Below, piece after piece: positions 23,776-36,382 of a DNA stretch of 64,000 nt. The position numbers were made by a program, and so were the translations under genes. The notes under the pieces are model-generated. The model worked only from the letters and a program-made list of their open reading frames with translations. It did no database searches and was not told where the DNA came from. The stretch comes from Yuukianura sp. NJ FZ-2021. Taxonomy: Eukaryota. Numbering within the stretch: position 1 is the first letter of the stretch; every line of letters begins with the position of its first letter. The DNA is taken from the NCBI GenBank assembly GCA_046563655.1, contig CM102287.1, positions 9,052,001 through 9,116,000 of the forward strand, in the 5' to 3' direction.

Positions 23776-25536
23776 TGTGAAATTCACTTTTTTGAAAATT
23801 GCGCAATAAACGAAACCGAAAAAGTACTACACTGTGTAATCTGTCCGATTAATCGGATATAAATTTCAAAATCTGTTGACAATTTCGAATTGAAGTCGTA
23901 GAATTTGATTTCCGTATTTATATCATAAGTTTGGGATTGATATTTGTCACGATTTGGCGTCATGTTATACGTTATGGATAACTTATCACATCTGGCTGGA
24001 AAATTAGCAATCATTAAAATTCTGGGAATAAATAGTACTTCAATTTCAATTACAGTTAACCAGGAAGGCTTAAAATCAGATTAAAATCAATTAACTTCTA
24101 GCAAATAACTTTTTGTTCTAAATGTTTCACGCAATTTCCAAATGACAAATCAAAAAATTCCAAAATCCAAATGTCAATTGGTTATCAAACGTGACTTTAA
24201 TCCTTGTTTTACAAACCAAAACCACTTAACTAATTTAATAAGTTTTTCGACAATGTGACATTTCATGTGATTCATCTTGTTTACTTCAAAAAATTTCGCA
24301 CTTGCTTTTTCAAACGTCGAGTATGCCACTTGATCAGAAAATATTTTTCAAAAAACAAGAATTTGGAATTTTGAAAAATGGAGCTCACAGCTGCAGTAAG
24401 TGGCTTGAACGAACATAGCATAGCAACAAACGCGTGCGCATTGTAAAGTATAATTTCTCATGTTTTCGAGTTTCTAAAATTTAAAATTTCTTGGTAAAGT
24501 TTCTATCTACATTTTTATTACAGGTGACGCAAACTGTAAAAATTTGCGTAAATGAATTAAATCCATTTTTCCATGAAGCTTTAATTCAACAAATCAACTT
24601 CTAAAGGCGTCAATCGTGAAAATTTTCTGTTTTCAGGGGATCTTCAGTACATGATGATTTCAATTTTCAATTTTTCAGGTAAAGTACGTAGAAATTTTTA
24701 AACTGCGAAAAGATTAATCCTAGTTAAGCTCAAATACTTTGGAATTCGCGTCTCGCTGCAGTCATGTCTAGGAAATTATGAAGCGCTGATTCCTAAAACA
24801 GATATGAGGTCATGCCATAACTTGATGCCTTGAAAATAGACAAATCCAGGCTCAACTTCCGGTAATTGGAATACCTATATAGTCTACAAATGATTTGTGA
24901 CAATGGACGTGTGACCTTTGACCTGGCATTCTTTGAGAGAATTTCTTCCAACAGAAACTCTGGACACACGACATGTATAAAATTTAAACGATTGAATTTA
25001 AACATCGCCTTTCGATTTTCCAAATTTCTTATTTTATTATGCAACAATGTTCGTGTGTGGTGAATAAATTGTCTTAATTGTAATTAGTAATTCAATGCTA
25101 TCAAGTTGATTGTTTATTAGCATCGATTGGAACCGGATGCCCATGTCATGTCCTAGCTGAAATGTCATGTGTAGGATGTGAGGGAATGTTAGAAGGACGC
25201 AAAAAAAAACTATGAATATTATAGTCATGTCTATCAGTCTATAGCCTATCTTATAGGTTAAAACCTAATTTTAGAAGATCGTATTGTTTGTTTACAAAGT
25301 TGCACTTAAATTTGCAAAGACTGCTGTCGGGTAAAATCGGTAATCGATAGTCGATTGGACCAGTTAAGAGTCCATTATGTTCGTCATGATAATCTAATTC
25401 GGATCTAACAGGAATTAGGTAAACAGAATTTGAAAACTATCTTGGAATGTAGGAATCTTGGTATGTTTCTTTAATGAGAAATTTGTTTTTTGATTCCTTT
25501 ACAGCAGTTGGACAGAGTGACAGAGTTACTTCCACA

Positions 25537-28500
25537 ATGGATGACGTTTACCGATTGCGGAATGAGTGTCTCTCGAGGGGTCCGCTAATTCAATTGTCGA
25601 GACTAGAAGATGTCAGTATCGAAAGTTTATATGCTACAGACGATTCATCCGATTACGAATCTGGGCGTAGATACGTTCTACGGGAGAGAAAGAAGGCTCA
25701 TATTGTATCAAATACATTTGGTAAGTCTCTAGTATCGTTTAGTACTTAACAAGTATTGCCAGGAAAAAAGGATGGCCTGATCTTCATAACCCTCATTGTT
25801 ACGTTTTCCTATCAATTTTTTTTATACAGACTCAGATACATCTGAGGCAGAGTCCGATGATTCCGATTTGGGAGATGCAAAGAGCGATAACTTGCAGAGC
25901 AGCGAAGAAGAGCCCGAAAAAATCACCAAAAAAGTAAAACATGTAAAACAGCATGGCAAAACGAAAGGAAGCACGTCGAAGTCGAAACCGAAATCAGGAT
26001 CAGGACCGAAAACAGAACAACGTTACTATCCGAGACTCGTGACATCCGAAATGACGTGTCAGGATTGTGGGGAATTTTTCAAATCAGTTTACGCCTTCAG
26101 CCAGCATGCAAAGGAAGTACATGGCAATGACAAGCCCTTCGTCTGCCATACCTGCAAGTTACCATTTGGGAGAAAGCCAGAACTGGTTAGGCATAAGATG
26201 GACGATCATAACATGGTCACGCCTGTAAGACCCAAAGCGTTGGAAAAGAATCGACGAAACGCCAAAGTTTCATTCACGCCTGCGGATATACTTTGTTACT
26301 ACTGTGGGAAAAAGTTTGAGTCGGTACTGGAATTGAAGCGGCATACACTGCTTCATTATTCCAGAACAGCCAACCACCAATGTGAGATGTGCGATCTTAA
26401 TTGCAAGAGTGCCGAAACTCTGCGTCATCATTTCTACCTTGTTCATCTTGGATTTAAGCATTTAGGTAAGAAAAGAATTAGCAAATTAATTCTGTAAAAG
26501 TTTGTCAATGTTCTGTTTATTTTTTTGGCAGGATCGGCTAAGAAAATGAGTCAAATGTTGAAGGAGCATGCTGTGCTACCCGAAGCAGCGCGTAAAGCTC
26601 CTCAGTACGTGTCATGTGACGTATGCTGTAAAATATTTTGGTGGGAATGGAAACTGAACGAACATAAACTAAAAATCCATGGAATCGGCAAGGACGAACG
26701 GCACAGAAAGCCTGGAAAACCGGGAAAGCCTTACTACTGTCCAGATTGCGATATTTACTTCAAAGCCAGAAATATGTTGCATCAACATATGAATTCTAAG
26801 AAGCATACAACAGATAAACGTTTTATTTGCGAAACATGCGGAAAGACTTTTCGCAAGAGTGATGGGATGAGGAAACATATTGCGAAAAGGCATCCTGGTA
26901 AGTTCAACTATATTTTCAAATTGATCAGATTTCAATTGTGAAGTTTTATTGAAGTACTCTGTACTTTTAATTTCAGAGGTGGTTTTGCCGAGACGATATG
27001 AATATGGTCTGGATATTCTCGAAACAACGCATGCTCAGTACGCCATTAAAGACGTATTTGCTGGCTTCAATTTTGATGAAACTCCAGATGAAGAAGAAAT
27101 GGTCTCCCTAGCAGCGGTGGCTCCAGCGGAAGGAAGATCTGAAGGTCAACTTCAAACTCAGCCACTTACAGATCCGTTGGCAGTGGTGTCAGAGGCACCA
27201 GTAGCACCACCAGCCGTTATAGCACCAGTACCAGCAGCACCACCAGCCGTTATAGCACCAGATACAACAACATCATCAAGAACGCTGATTGAAACCCCAG
27301 TCCCACCGGCTTATCCCCCAACTGTATCTGGGCCAATATGTCAACAACAAATCACGAGTCCCGTACAACTTCACAGTCCAGAAGAACTGTTTGGAGGCGA
27401 CGAAATCGAATCGTTTGGAGATGATTTTGCAATGGAAGATCATGATGTTGACACGAAGCCGATTCTCCCTGACCTTGGCGATGATAACGTCGATGATTAT
27501 GACGAACAAGTTAAACCGTCCGCACTTACTCCTAAAGCTGGGAAAGAAGATTTACAAAGTAGTGACCAAGGTTCAGAATCGAACCATGGTTTTGATAAAT
27601 CCAGACTGGAGCGCCTCCGGCGAGCTTGTAAACGTCGTGAATTAAGAGAAAAATATGCCGAGGACGAGGACAACTACCACGAAGTTTCTGTGACAGTTAA
27701 AATCGAACAAGGTTTCTTTGATGAAAACAAAGACGAGGAGTGGATACCACCAGAAGATGCTGAAGTAGAAGACCTAGTGAAAACTAAAAAGAAATCAAGA
27801 CGAACAAAGTTTAACAAAAAACGAAAACCCACGACAGACATAGTTTGTCGTTTGGGTGGTTGTCGCTATCGAGCACGCGATCGTCCACAGCTGATTCGCC
27901 ATCGATCAGAAATCCATGGAAAGGAGGAAATGCGATCCTATGATTTCAAATGTACAAAATGTTCATTCAAAGCCACATCAGCTGAGTCTCTCGAGTTTCA
28001 TCAAGTTACGCATGAAAGTCCTACTAAAACGCCAGTTGCGAAGAGACATCGACGAAGCCAACTGAACTCCAGTTTGGAGAAATCTTTAGACAAATCGGAG
28101 TCTACTGGAACGGGAAGTTCAAAACGGAAACGAAAACCGGATCGTAAAATTAAGTGTCGACTGGCTGGATGTCGATTTCGAGCGAACGATAAAGAGGAAT
28201 TGGCTGCTCATCGCTTAAAAGCTCATGGACGGAGTGACGGTGTAAGATCTTACGAATTTAAATGTGAAGAACCAAATTGTACTTTTCGAGCGAGGTATCA
28301 AGAATCATATGACTCTCATAAACTTACGCACCAAAATCGTGATGTCACCCCCGTGGTAAGTGACGGAAAGCAACCGGCAGTGACCAGTGCTCAGGAAACT
28401 CCCGTTTCCGCAGTCAAAGTAGACAAACGACCTTATCCATGCACTTATCCAGGATGTCCAAAAGCCTTTTCCCATCGAATTCGTCTTGTCCAGCACATTC

Positions 28501-29972
28501 AAAATATCCACACTTCTAATTTCCCGGGTACCAGTCAAGCAACACCTCGCACTCCAACAACTAGAACGACAGCGACACCTATGAGCGACATTTATACAAA
28601 TGCAAGACAGTGTCGGATGAACGGATGTACGTTTCTGCTAAAGTCACGTACGGAACGTGAGGCTCATCGGAGAGAAGTTCATGGAAGAGTTTGCATACCG
28701 AGAATCAGAAAGCGACGTTACAGAACTGGCTTTACGCGGGACAAGAACTGGCTTTACTGTGGAATCCAAGGTTGCAATTTTCGTGCTCTCCTGCCAGAAA
28801 CCATTGCTGGACACAAGAGAACAGCACATGATCAACTACCACGTATCAAAGAGTATCCTTGTCCACATTGTGACAAAGTATTTTCATCTAATGCTTATCG
28901 TCACACTCACGTTCTACTCAAACACACTGGAGCACCGAAAAGTTTACCACGAATTCCGTGTATGCATTGCACCAGAACGTTTTCTTGTCGATGGGCACTA
29001 TTTGGACACATTCAACGAGCTCATCCAGACGCACCTACTTTTCCTTGTACAATCTGTACAAAAATTTTCTTCTATGAAGATGAAAAAACGTTGCACGAAG
29101 ATAGACACACAAGGCTCGGTTTGAATCCGGAAACGAAGTACAAATGTGCTGTACAAGCATGTACAGAAGTTTGTGAGACGGTGGATTTACTTCAAGCCCA
29201 TGTCAAGGCTGTTCATGACGTCCCGATCGACGCAACAACGATTTGCCCAATCTGTGGAAAAGAGACGTTGGCTTATGGTTATGCTGCTCATACCAGAACA
29301 CACTTGGAAAAAGTTCGTAAGCACAAATGCGACTACTGCGACCAGGCTTACGTAAAACCGATTTTGTTAGAGAGACATCAAGAAATAAGTCATCCAGAAC
29401 TTTTTGAAGGTCAAGAAAAGTCGTTCATCTGTGATGCTTGTGGAATGAGCTTTTATCAACAAGGAACTTTCAACATTCACCGATACACAATGCATGGAAA
29501 AGCGAAGCAGAAACGATTAGAAAATTCAGGGCAACAGAAACGCAGAAGAGGTCGAGGAAAAGCAACCAAAAATAAAGATGGAGAAACTAAGCAGAGGAGG
29601 AAACGACGAACAAAGGAGGAAATGATTCGAGCCAGGGAAGCAGCAGCGCATGAGCGAAAAATTCAAGAAGAAAAAGTTACACAACTTGGAATTGCAGCAG
29701 CAGTAGCATCATTCAGTTATGAAGAAAAACCGGAAACGGAAAGTTTGAATACGAACTCGGTGGGATCAGCGGAATCGGAAATATTTACACCACCACCACT
29801 CCCGCCACCAGCTCATCGCAGCAACCCTGGTCATAGTCATGGCCACTTTCCCCATCCGCAGTACCATAATAATCCGCAGGGTGATCCCCACGCCCAATTT
29901 CGTTCGTACTTCTTACAAAATCCGCAACTGAATTACCCAACATATGATCCTCACTACTTGTATCATCATTGA
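25537..29972 (+). CDS. Large multi-C2H2 zinc-finger protein
   Basis: Many CxxC/CxxxxC...HxxxH fingers across ORFs 25796-26497, 26525-26941 and 26949-29972, joined by short GT-AG introns. Confidence 0.9.
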
Positions 29973-30404
29973 ATTGGCGAAGAAATTTGCCCATGAACTT
30001 CTTCTATAGAAACATACTTTTCCGAGGTTTAGTCACCTCCTCCCCCGAATTAATCACGCGTTGGTAAAAGTGCATTTAATTGTTTACTATTTTTAGAATA
30101 CTAGTTCACTCAAAATCTAAATCCTATGTTTAGGATACTGTAACATTTCTTTTGAAAGTCCCAGGCTCGTCCAAGGTCCAATTACTAATTACTTTGTGTA
30201 GTCAATTATGAATTAGTTAACCTAAACTCATGTGCGCCATATTTACCCTTTTTTCTTAAGGTATGATTACATGTATCGTGTAATTACACTGCACATTTTG
30301 TTTGTATTATACACGAATGTACATAGAATTAGAACAGAAGTATTAAAATGTATATAGTGAATATACACATTTTACTGCTAACCTATCATAACTTGGTGCT
30401 TTTT

Positions 30405-31702
30405 TTAGAATGCTAGGAGTAGATCCACAATATTTTTGAGTATGATGTCGCAGTAGATGAACAAGATGAATTCCTTGGAGTCGAGGGTGAAGAAATTTCC
30501 CATTTTGACCTTGACTGGGGCCATTGCCTTCCAGAGTTTATGGTTGAATTTTGAGGTCAATGCGTACTTGTTTCGTGACATTTGGATCAATTCTTTTGAG
30601 GCGAGATGAGACTCTGTGATCATTATGAAGAGATTCGGACCGATGATGAGAAAGCACAGTTCGGCAAAAAGAATGCATAACAGCACAATTAATGAAAGGT
30701 GCTTGAAATTCATTACTGCATAACTATGCATAATAGTTATGAGTATGACGAGGATAATGAGGTATGACTGCAATTTACTGAATGTTTGCGCAAACGCATT
30801 GCTCAGACAAGTCAAATTCAAGTACTCGATCCAATTTGCATCAAGTCCGTTTTCTCGAACATAGTTTCGCCACCTATTAATACATAACATGAATGTTATG
30901 TACAATGTGCATTATACATAGTATGCATGATGTAATAGTTTAAATTGTAATAAATTGAACGTATTACTGTTACACATTAAAGGGTGTGCAAATCTTACGG
31001 CTCTTGAGATTCCAACGTGGATTGAAAGTAGGCGTCCAAAGTAAAGTGGTAGGCGAATATCCAGTGACCAACAATGCACAGGCACACGAGTCCATGTGCT
31101 AGCGACATTGAAATGATCAAGAAAGTTATAAATTTGAGTAGCTCGTATACCTGATATTGCATTGAGGGGTCAGAGGTCAGCAGGTCAGCCGCAGTTTTGA
31201 CCAGACTCAGAAGCCATTCCAAGGTCATCGGAAAGTACCATGATAAGCTGTATAGTAGAGGAAAGTACAACAGAGTGTATACTGTGGTAAAGAAAGCGAT
31301 GATCCCGCAGCAAATTTCATATACGTTGTTTAAACCGCGTAAGTATTTGAATTGGTATGCCAATACCACATTGACAACTTGTCTCCCGCTTTCTCTACGG
31401 TCTTCCCCAAGGAAAAACCATTGTGAAAGTATAAGGGAAATGAAAACGTTATTTGCGCATATGGTCAGCAGACTCTCAATTTGACTAACGTTACCATACA
31501 ATGCCTGTGCATACAAATACAGCACAAATACACTTAAGATGAAACTTAGCACCCAGGAAATTATGTCTACAATCCAAGCTTTTTTGGATAGTAAGATGCT
31601 GTCGGGTCCTGATTCGCCACATTTGTATTCGTATGGCGTGAAGTTCAAAAATCCCGCAAATCCATATGTACATTTGTTAAAAAATTGGATTTTTGAAACC
31701 AT
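30405..31702 (-). CDS. Divergent multi-TM chemoreceptor-like protein, about 390 aa, 2 exons
   Basis: Multiple hydrophobic helices; intron ~30874-30999; C-terminus WKAMAPVKVKMGNFFTLDSKEFILFIYCDIILKNIVDLLLAF; paralogous to 34519-35999. Confidence 0.65.
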
Positions 31703-32481
31703 TTTAAAGAATGATACTGACTACTGCAAATGCTTAGATAAAAATGCACAACTTTCTCGACTGTACTAGATTTTAGATACCCCCAATTTTTATGTCAGAA
31801 AATTTTTGTGACCTATGCCGTGAAATATTTCAGCAACTGGAAGGAATTAGGCGAAATTCTTTCCAGTATTGTTGAAGAGCGACAAAACTATTTCTGGGCT
31901 CCTCGTTTCGAATTTTGTTTTAAAATAAAGTAATGGATTAAGTCGTTATCTTTTGGTTGTTAAAAACTGTTTTCAAAATTTCCATTTAAAATTTATGCTT
32001 TCCATGAAGGCTGTTTATGCTTCTAGCACGTTTAAAATGTTTATGTTTTATTCTACATTAAAACTCAAAACGCCTCTAACTTTAGAAGGCTGTTTGTCTT
32101 AATGTCTACTTCGGTTGTTTTTCTGTTATGAAAATAATATTTTGAACCAAAGTGAAAGTGACTAAGCTACTCAACCATTAAATTGAATTGAAGCAACTTT
32201 TAGATTCAATTGAGATTATTATAGTTTTAAGTGCTTACATCAGAAAAGTGAATCCATTTGCTTGTTTTCCAGCGTGAGAGGTTACTTACCTGAGTTACCT
32301 GATATCATGCAAAGGCTTTGAGAGACATGGAAAGGTTAAGCGAATGTTATGAAAAACGAAATGGAACTGCCGCAAATGAAATGAAAGTAAAACGATTAGA
32401 AGCACTTCCAATTGCGTCACTTTTGTCTCTTGATTTCCTTGAATTGGATTTATGGACAAACCTGTTTCGTTTTACGGCGGG

Positions 32482-33536
32482 ATGACTGGACGACGGAAAA
32501 GCTTCAATCCGGGCTACGTTAATTCTGGCGCTGGAGCACTAAGGATTTTCATTGTTGTAAGAAATACTTCATTGTTGCCTGTTATGTTTGCTCTCCAAAT
32601 CCAAATTTGGGAATTGTGCGTTGTAAATTTGCTGTTTTTACAATTTGCTTGGTTTGTTGTTGCGCATTTTGTAGTTGGTGGGTATTGTTGCGATAATTTT
32701 GGCATCAGTGGGCTCACCAAGTGACACGGGGTCATTGAACTCCCTTCCTGAAACCAACAGCGAAAAGTACTATGGATACGGAACGGGATACGACGTTGAG
32801 CCATTTAATGTCGTGTTCATTGTTACCCTCGTCGTAGTCTGGATTGTTTCTCTTGTGTTTTTACTGACTCTGGGATTCGAAGCGACACATGGATGGGCAG
32901 CCAAGGCGGTAAAATGTCGTTTTTTGAAAATTTTTAAATTTTAAGAAATTTATTTGACCATTTTATGTAGAATCGAGTTCTACATTTGGTCTGTGGACTG
33001 ATTTTGTTGGCGGCAATTGGATGTGGATGTATGGGAACCTATTACTTTTGGCGCGGATGTTGCCGCGTAAAAATTCCAAATACGAGGGTTCCAGGAAACA
33101 TTGTGACATTGGCTCCTAGTACAGACGGCAAAGGTTACCCAACTTGGTGCCGGTGCATCGTAACGCACAACGGAGACGTTGAAGGTCAAACAATAACAAA
33201 AGAAGTATTTACGGTAATTAATATATTAAGCATAAATTATTTTAATGTACTTACTTTCGGTAATTATTTATGAAATATTATGGTATTATTTGTAATATTT
33301 GAATTTAAATGCTTACTTTTGTTTGTAGTACGACAATAGTCTATTGTCCGGTAAAATACTTTACAGTGCATGGCCCCATCATTTCATGATCCACTGTGCT
33401 AGTTTGGTTTGTTAATTATCGAAAGTTTTGGTTTAATAATTTATACATGACTACATGTAATGAGGTTTCGTTTTTTTTACAGGTACTTGCATTTCTGGAT
33501 GCCATTTTATGCCTGATCGCCGTCTGTGTCGTTTGA
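32482..33536 (+). CDS. MARVEL-like multi-TM membrane protein
   Basis: FNPGYVNSGAGALRIFIV|LVGIVAIIL N-terminus resembles MARVEL; about four hydrophobic segments; about 5 exons, last splice phase uncertain. Confidence 0.55.
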
Positions 33537-34518
33537 ATCTGCTCGTCACAGAACAATAGGTTTCTCTACAATTTAGTATTCAAAAATTTTAGGTTTGTTT
33601 AGGAACTATAAGTATTGTGAAATTTTGGCAATTTAAAAAATGTTTTCAAATTTTGGAAGTTTAAACATGTGTGAGGTGTTTTATACAAATTGTTGCATAC
33701 TGTATTCGGTATATTTTGTTTTTATTTATATTTGTAATGCTGTAATAACATTTAAACCTTTATGACGACGGAGTATCATACACATGATGCTTAAGTAGAG
33801 TTCTTTAACACTTTAACTCGCGTTTTACCAGGCTTCTCTTACAAATGAAGAAACTTGCAATTGTTAGAAACTTTACAAATCAAGCGGTTAGGTTGGTTAG
33901 ATTTAGGAAAACCGGCTTCTAAAAATAGACAAACTACAATAATTTGTATAATAATGTATAATGAATTTTGAATTTTTCATCTGCAACGTAGTTGTCAAAA
34001 AACCCTCATAGAACTGCTATTAGCATTTAAAAAAACACTTTTCAATTTTACTTTACTTTTTCTGTCTTTGTTTTTCCTGGAAAAATAGAACGATTATTAT
34101 GCTGTTGTTCCAAAAAAAACATGTTTTATTGACAGATAAGTTTGTCTTCCTTTTTAAGCGTTTTTGTCGCTTTTTACTTTCTAAAAAATTCGGTTTTTTG
34201 GAACATTTGACATTGTTTTTAATAATTTATTTAGTAAATTTTAGGCAATAAACGCTATAACGTCTTTTCTCACTTCTAAACTTCATGCATATGGGATTAC
34301 TTACTTACTTAAATATTCCTCCGCTTCAAGTCTTCTAATTAACTTTTTTTAAGTTGCTTGAAAAAGACCATATAAAACTGAAAGCTCAAAAATTCAAAAG
34401 TGGCACTCTGAAAACCAAAAAAATATCCTACACACAAAGAACTTGGAGAGTAGAGTTTTAAAATATTGGAGAGAAGAGAGCTTTTTAAATTGGACACAAA
34501 AAATTTTTAAGGCCCAAA

Positions 34519-35999
34519 ATGAAGAAAGAGAAAATCCAAAATTTTGTTGACTCGGTAGTCAAAAGTTTGTATGATTTTGGAAATTTTTGTTGTTGTACGA
34601 AGTTGAGTTACGTAAGTGAAAAAGACAGACCAAAACAGTTAGTTATAAAACAAAAACAAATTGAGTACATTGGAGTTCCAATGTTCCTTATTTTATCTGC
34701 CTACGTAGCCTACATGTACGTAGAGTCAATGTTAGGCCAAGTTACACAATTTGAGAAATTTGTCATTTTTGGAATCAATTTTGCCTTTTCACTCCTCTGT
34801 GTTACTCAACTATTTTTTCTTTTTGAGTCCAAGTGGATTCCTGCTAGAAACGTACTAAATTGTGCCCTGCAACTTCGATACGAAGAACAAATGGAACCAC
34901 CAGTTGTGTACCAACTGCTTTGTATAGTTGTTGGATCATCGGGAATTACATATCCGTTTACGTTTTTACCGGCATTGTACCTTACCGCCTGGTTTTTACC
35001 TGGAATACAACGGAATCTACTCAATGGACTGAAGATTATGGCCGTACTAGTTGCAGAGGGTGATGAAGTTAACGCAAAAGTAATTTTTTCGGTACTGCAA
35101 TTCATTGTATTCCTTATCATCGCGTGCGCAATGAGTCATGGTCTGATAAACTTCTCAATCTTGATACACTGGATATATACGTATCACTTCACCCTGGTCC
35201 AACAAGTTGGACAAATCCGGTAAATTTTCTTAGCAATTTCATTGTATAAGACGCGATTTTGTATAACGCGCACTTGGTGTTTGCCCTGTATTTTGGTAAA
35301 ATTTGCACAATACACATTTGGTAACATTTGCATAATATACATTTGACAAAATTTGCACGACTTACATTTGCCAAAATCTGTAGAACATGCATCAGCACAC
35401 TTTTGCATTACTACAAAGTAAGTTGTTTCTTATATCCTAGTCGACTTGACCTTGATATTGACCTTGCCATTGGTTTTAGGAAACTCATTGACCCGACAGT
35501 TACTGCTGGAAGTGAAGGCTGGATAAATTTTGGCTTGAATCAGCAATTCCGTACTGCTGATGATGCTGCGATCAAGAAATACTTGCGCCTCAAAACACTG
35601 AATCGATCGTACAACGCAAGTTTCAACCTCATCTTTTCCTTAATCTACTATGACGGTGTTGGCTTTACCATAACATTTACGTACATGGTCCTCCGAGCCA
35701 ATGAACTACCAGTTCCCCTTATGCTGGCAGTAGTTGGGGCTTTACTGTGTGGTGCAACTATCATCAACTTTCTACTCAACCTGGTCACAAATTCACATAT
35801 TGCATCTAAAGCCTTCCTCAGAATGGCAGTTCTCAAGTATCAGCAAATCTCCAAGTATCGAGTAGCATTTTGGAGTTCAATGACCCCACTTAGAGTTCAA
35901 GTCGGTGATTTTTTCACATTTGAAACTAGAGAGCTACTGCTGGTAATTTTCGGGGAAGTTATTATTAAAACTGTAATTGACATGCTTGTATCCTTCTAA
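34519..35999 (+). CDS. Divergent multi-TM chemoreceptor-like protein, about 420 aa, 2 exons
   Basis: Intron 35220-35440; shares SHGL..HWI..YHFTL, SH.ASK and FWSSMTPLRVQVGDFFTF...IIKTVIDMLVSF-type motifs with 30405-31702. Confidence 0.65.
35288..35410. repeat. Degenerate ~25-bp intronic minisatellite
   Basis: ACATTTG(G/A/C)(T/C)AA(A/C)ATTTGCA units, 4-5 copies. Confidence 0.7.
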
Positions 36000-36382
36000 A
36001 TTTGAACAAAAATTCAAAAAATTCTTGTTGGTATGCCCAAAAATAAAATCTAAATTTTGAACTCTGAAAATATAGAATTTGTTAGGCTAGGTTTCTAATT
36101 AAAATGCATCTAAGTTATTTTTCCCTGCTAAAAAGAGGTGTAGGTGACCTCGGTGAATAATTTAAATGAGTTGTGGCGATTGTGAGGTGTGAAATTGGCA
36201 GCGTCTAATTACTAAACTTTTTACACCTAAAATTTAGTAAAACCATGAAAATAATTGAGGTTAATTAGTAATTAATTTGTTTAATATAAAAACAAAACGC
36301 GCTTCCTCAAGTCGCTCTTACGCTTCAAACTTTCGTCTAAATCCAGCTTTTGCAATTCGAATCAAAAACAGCAGCATAAAAA

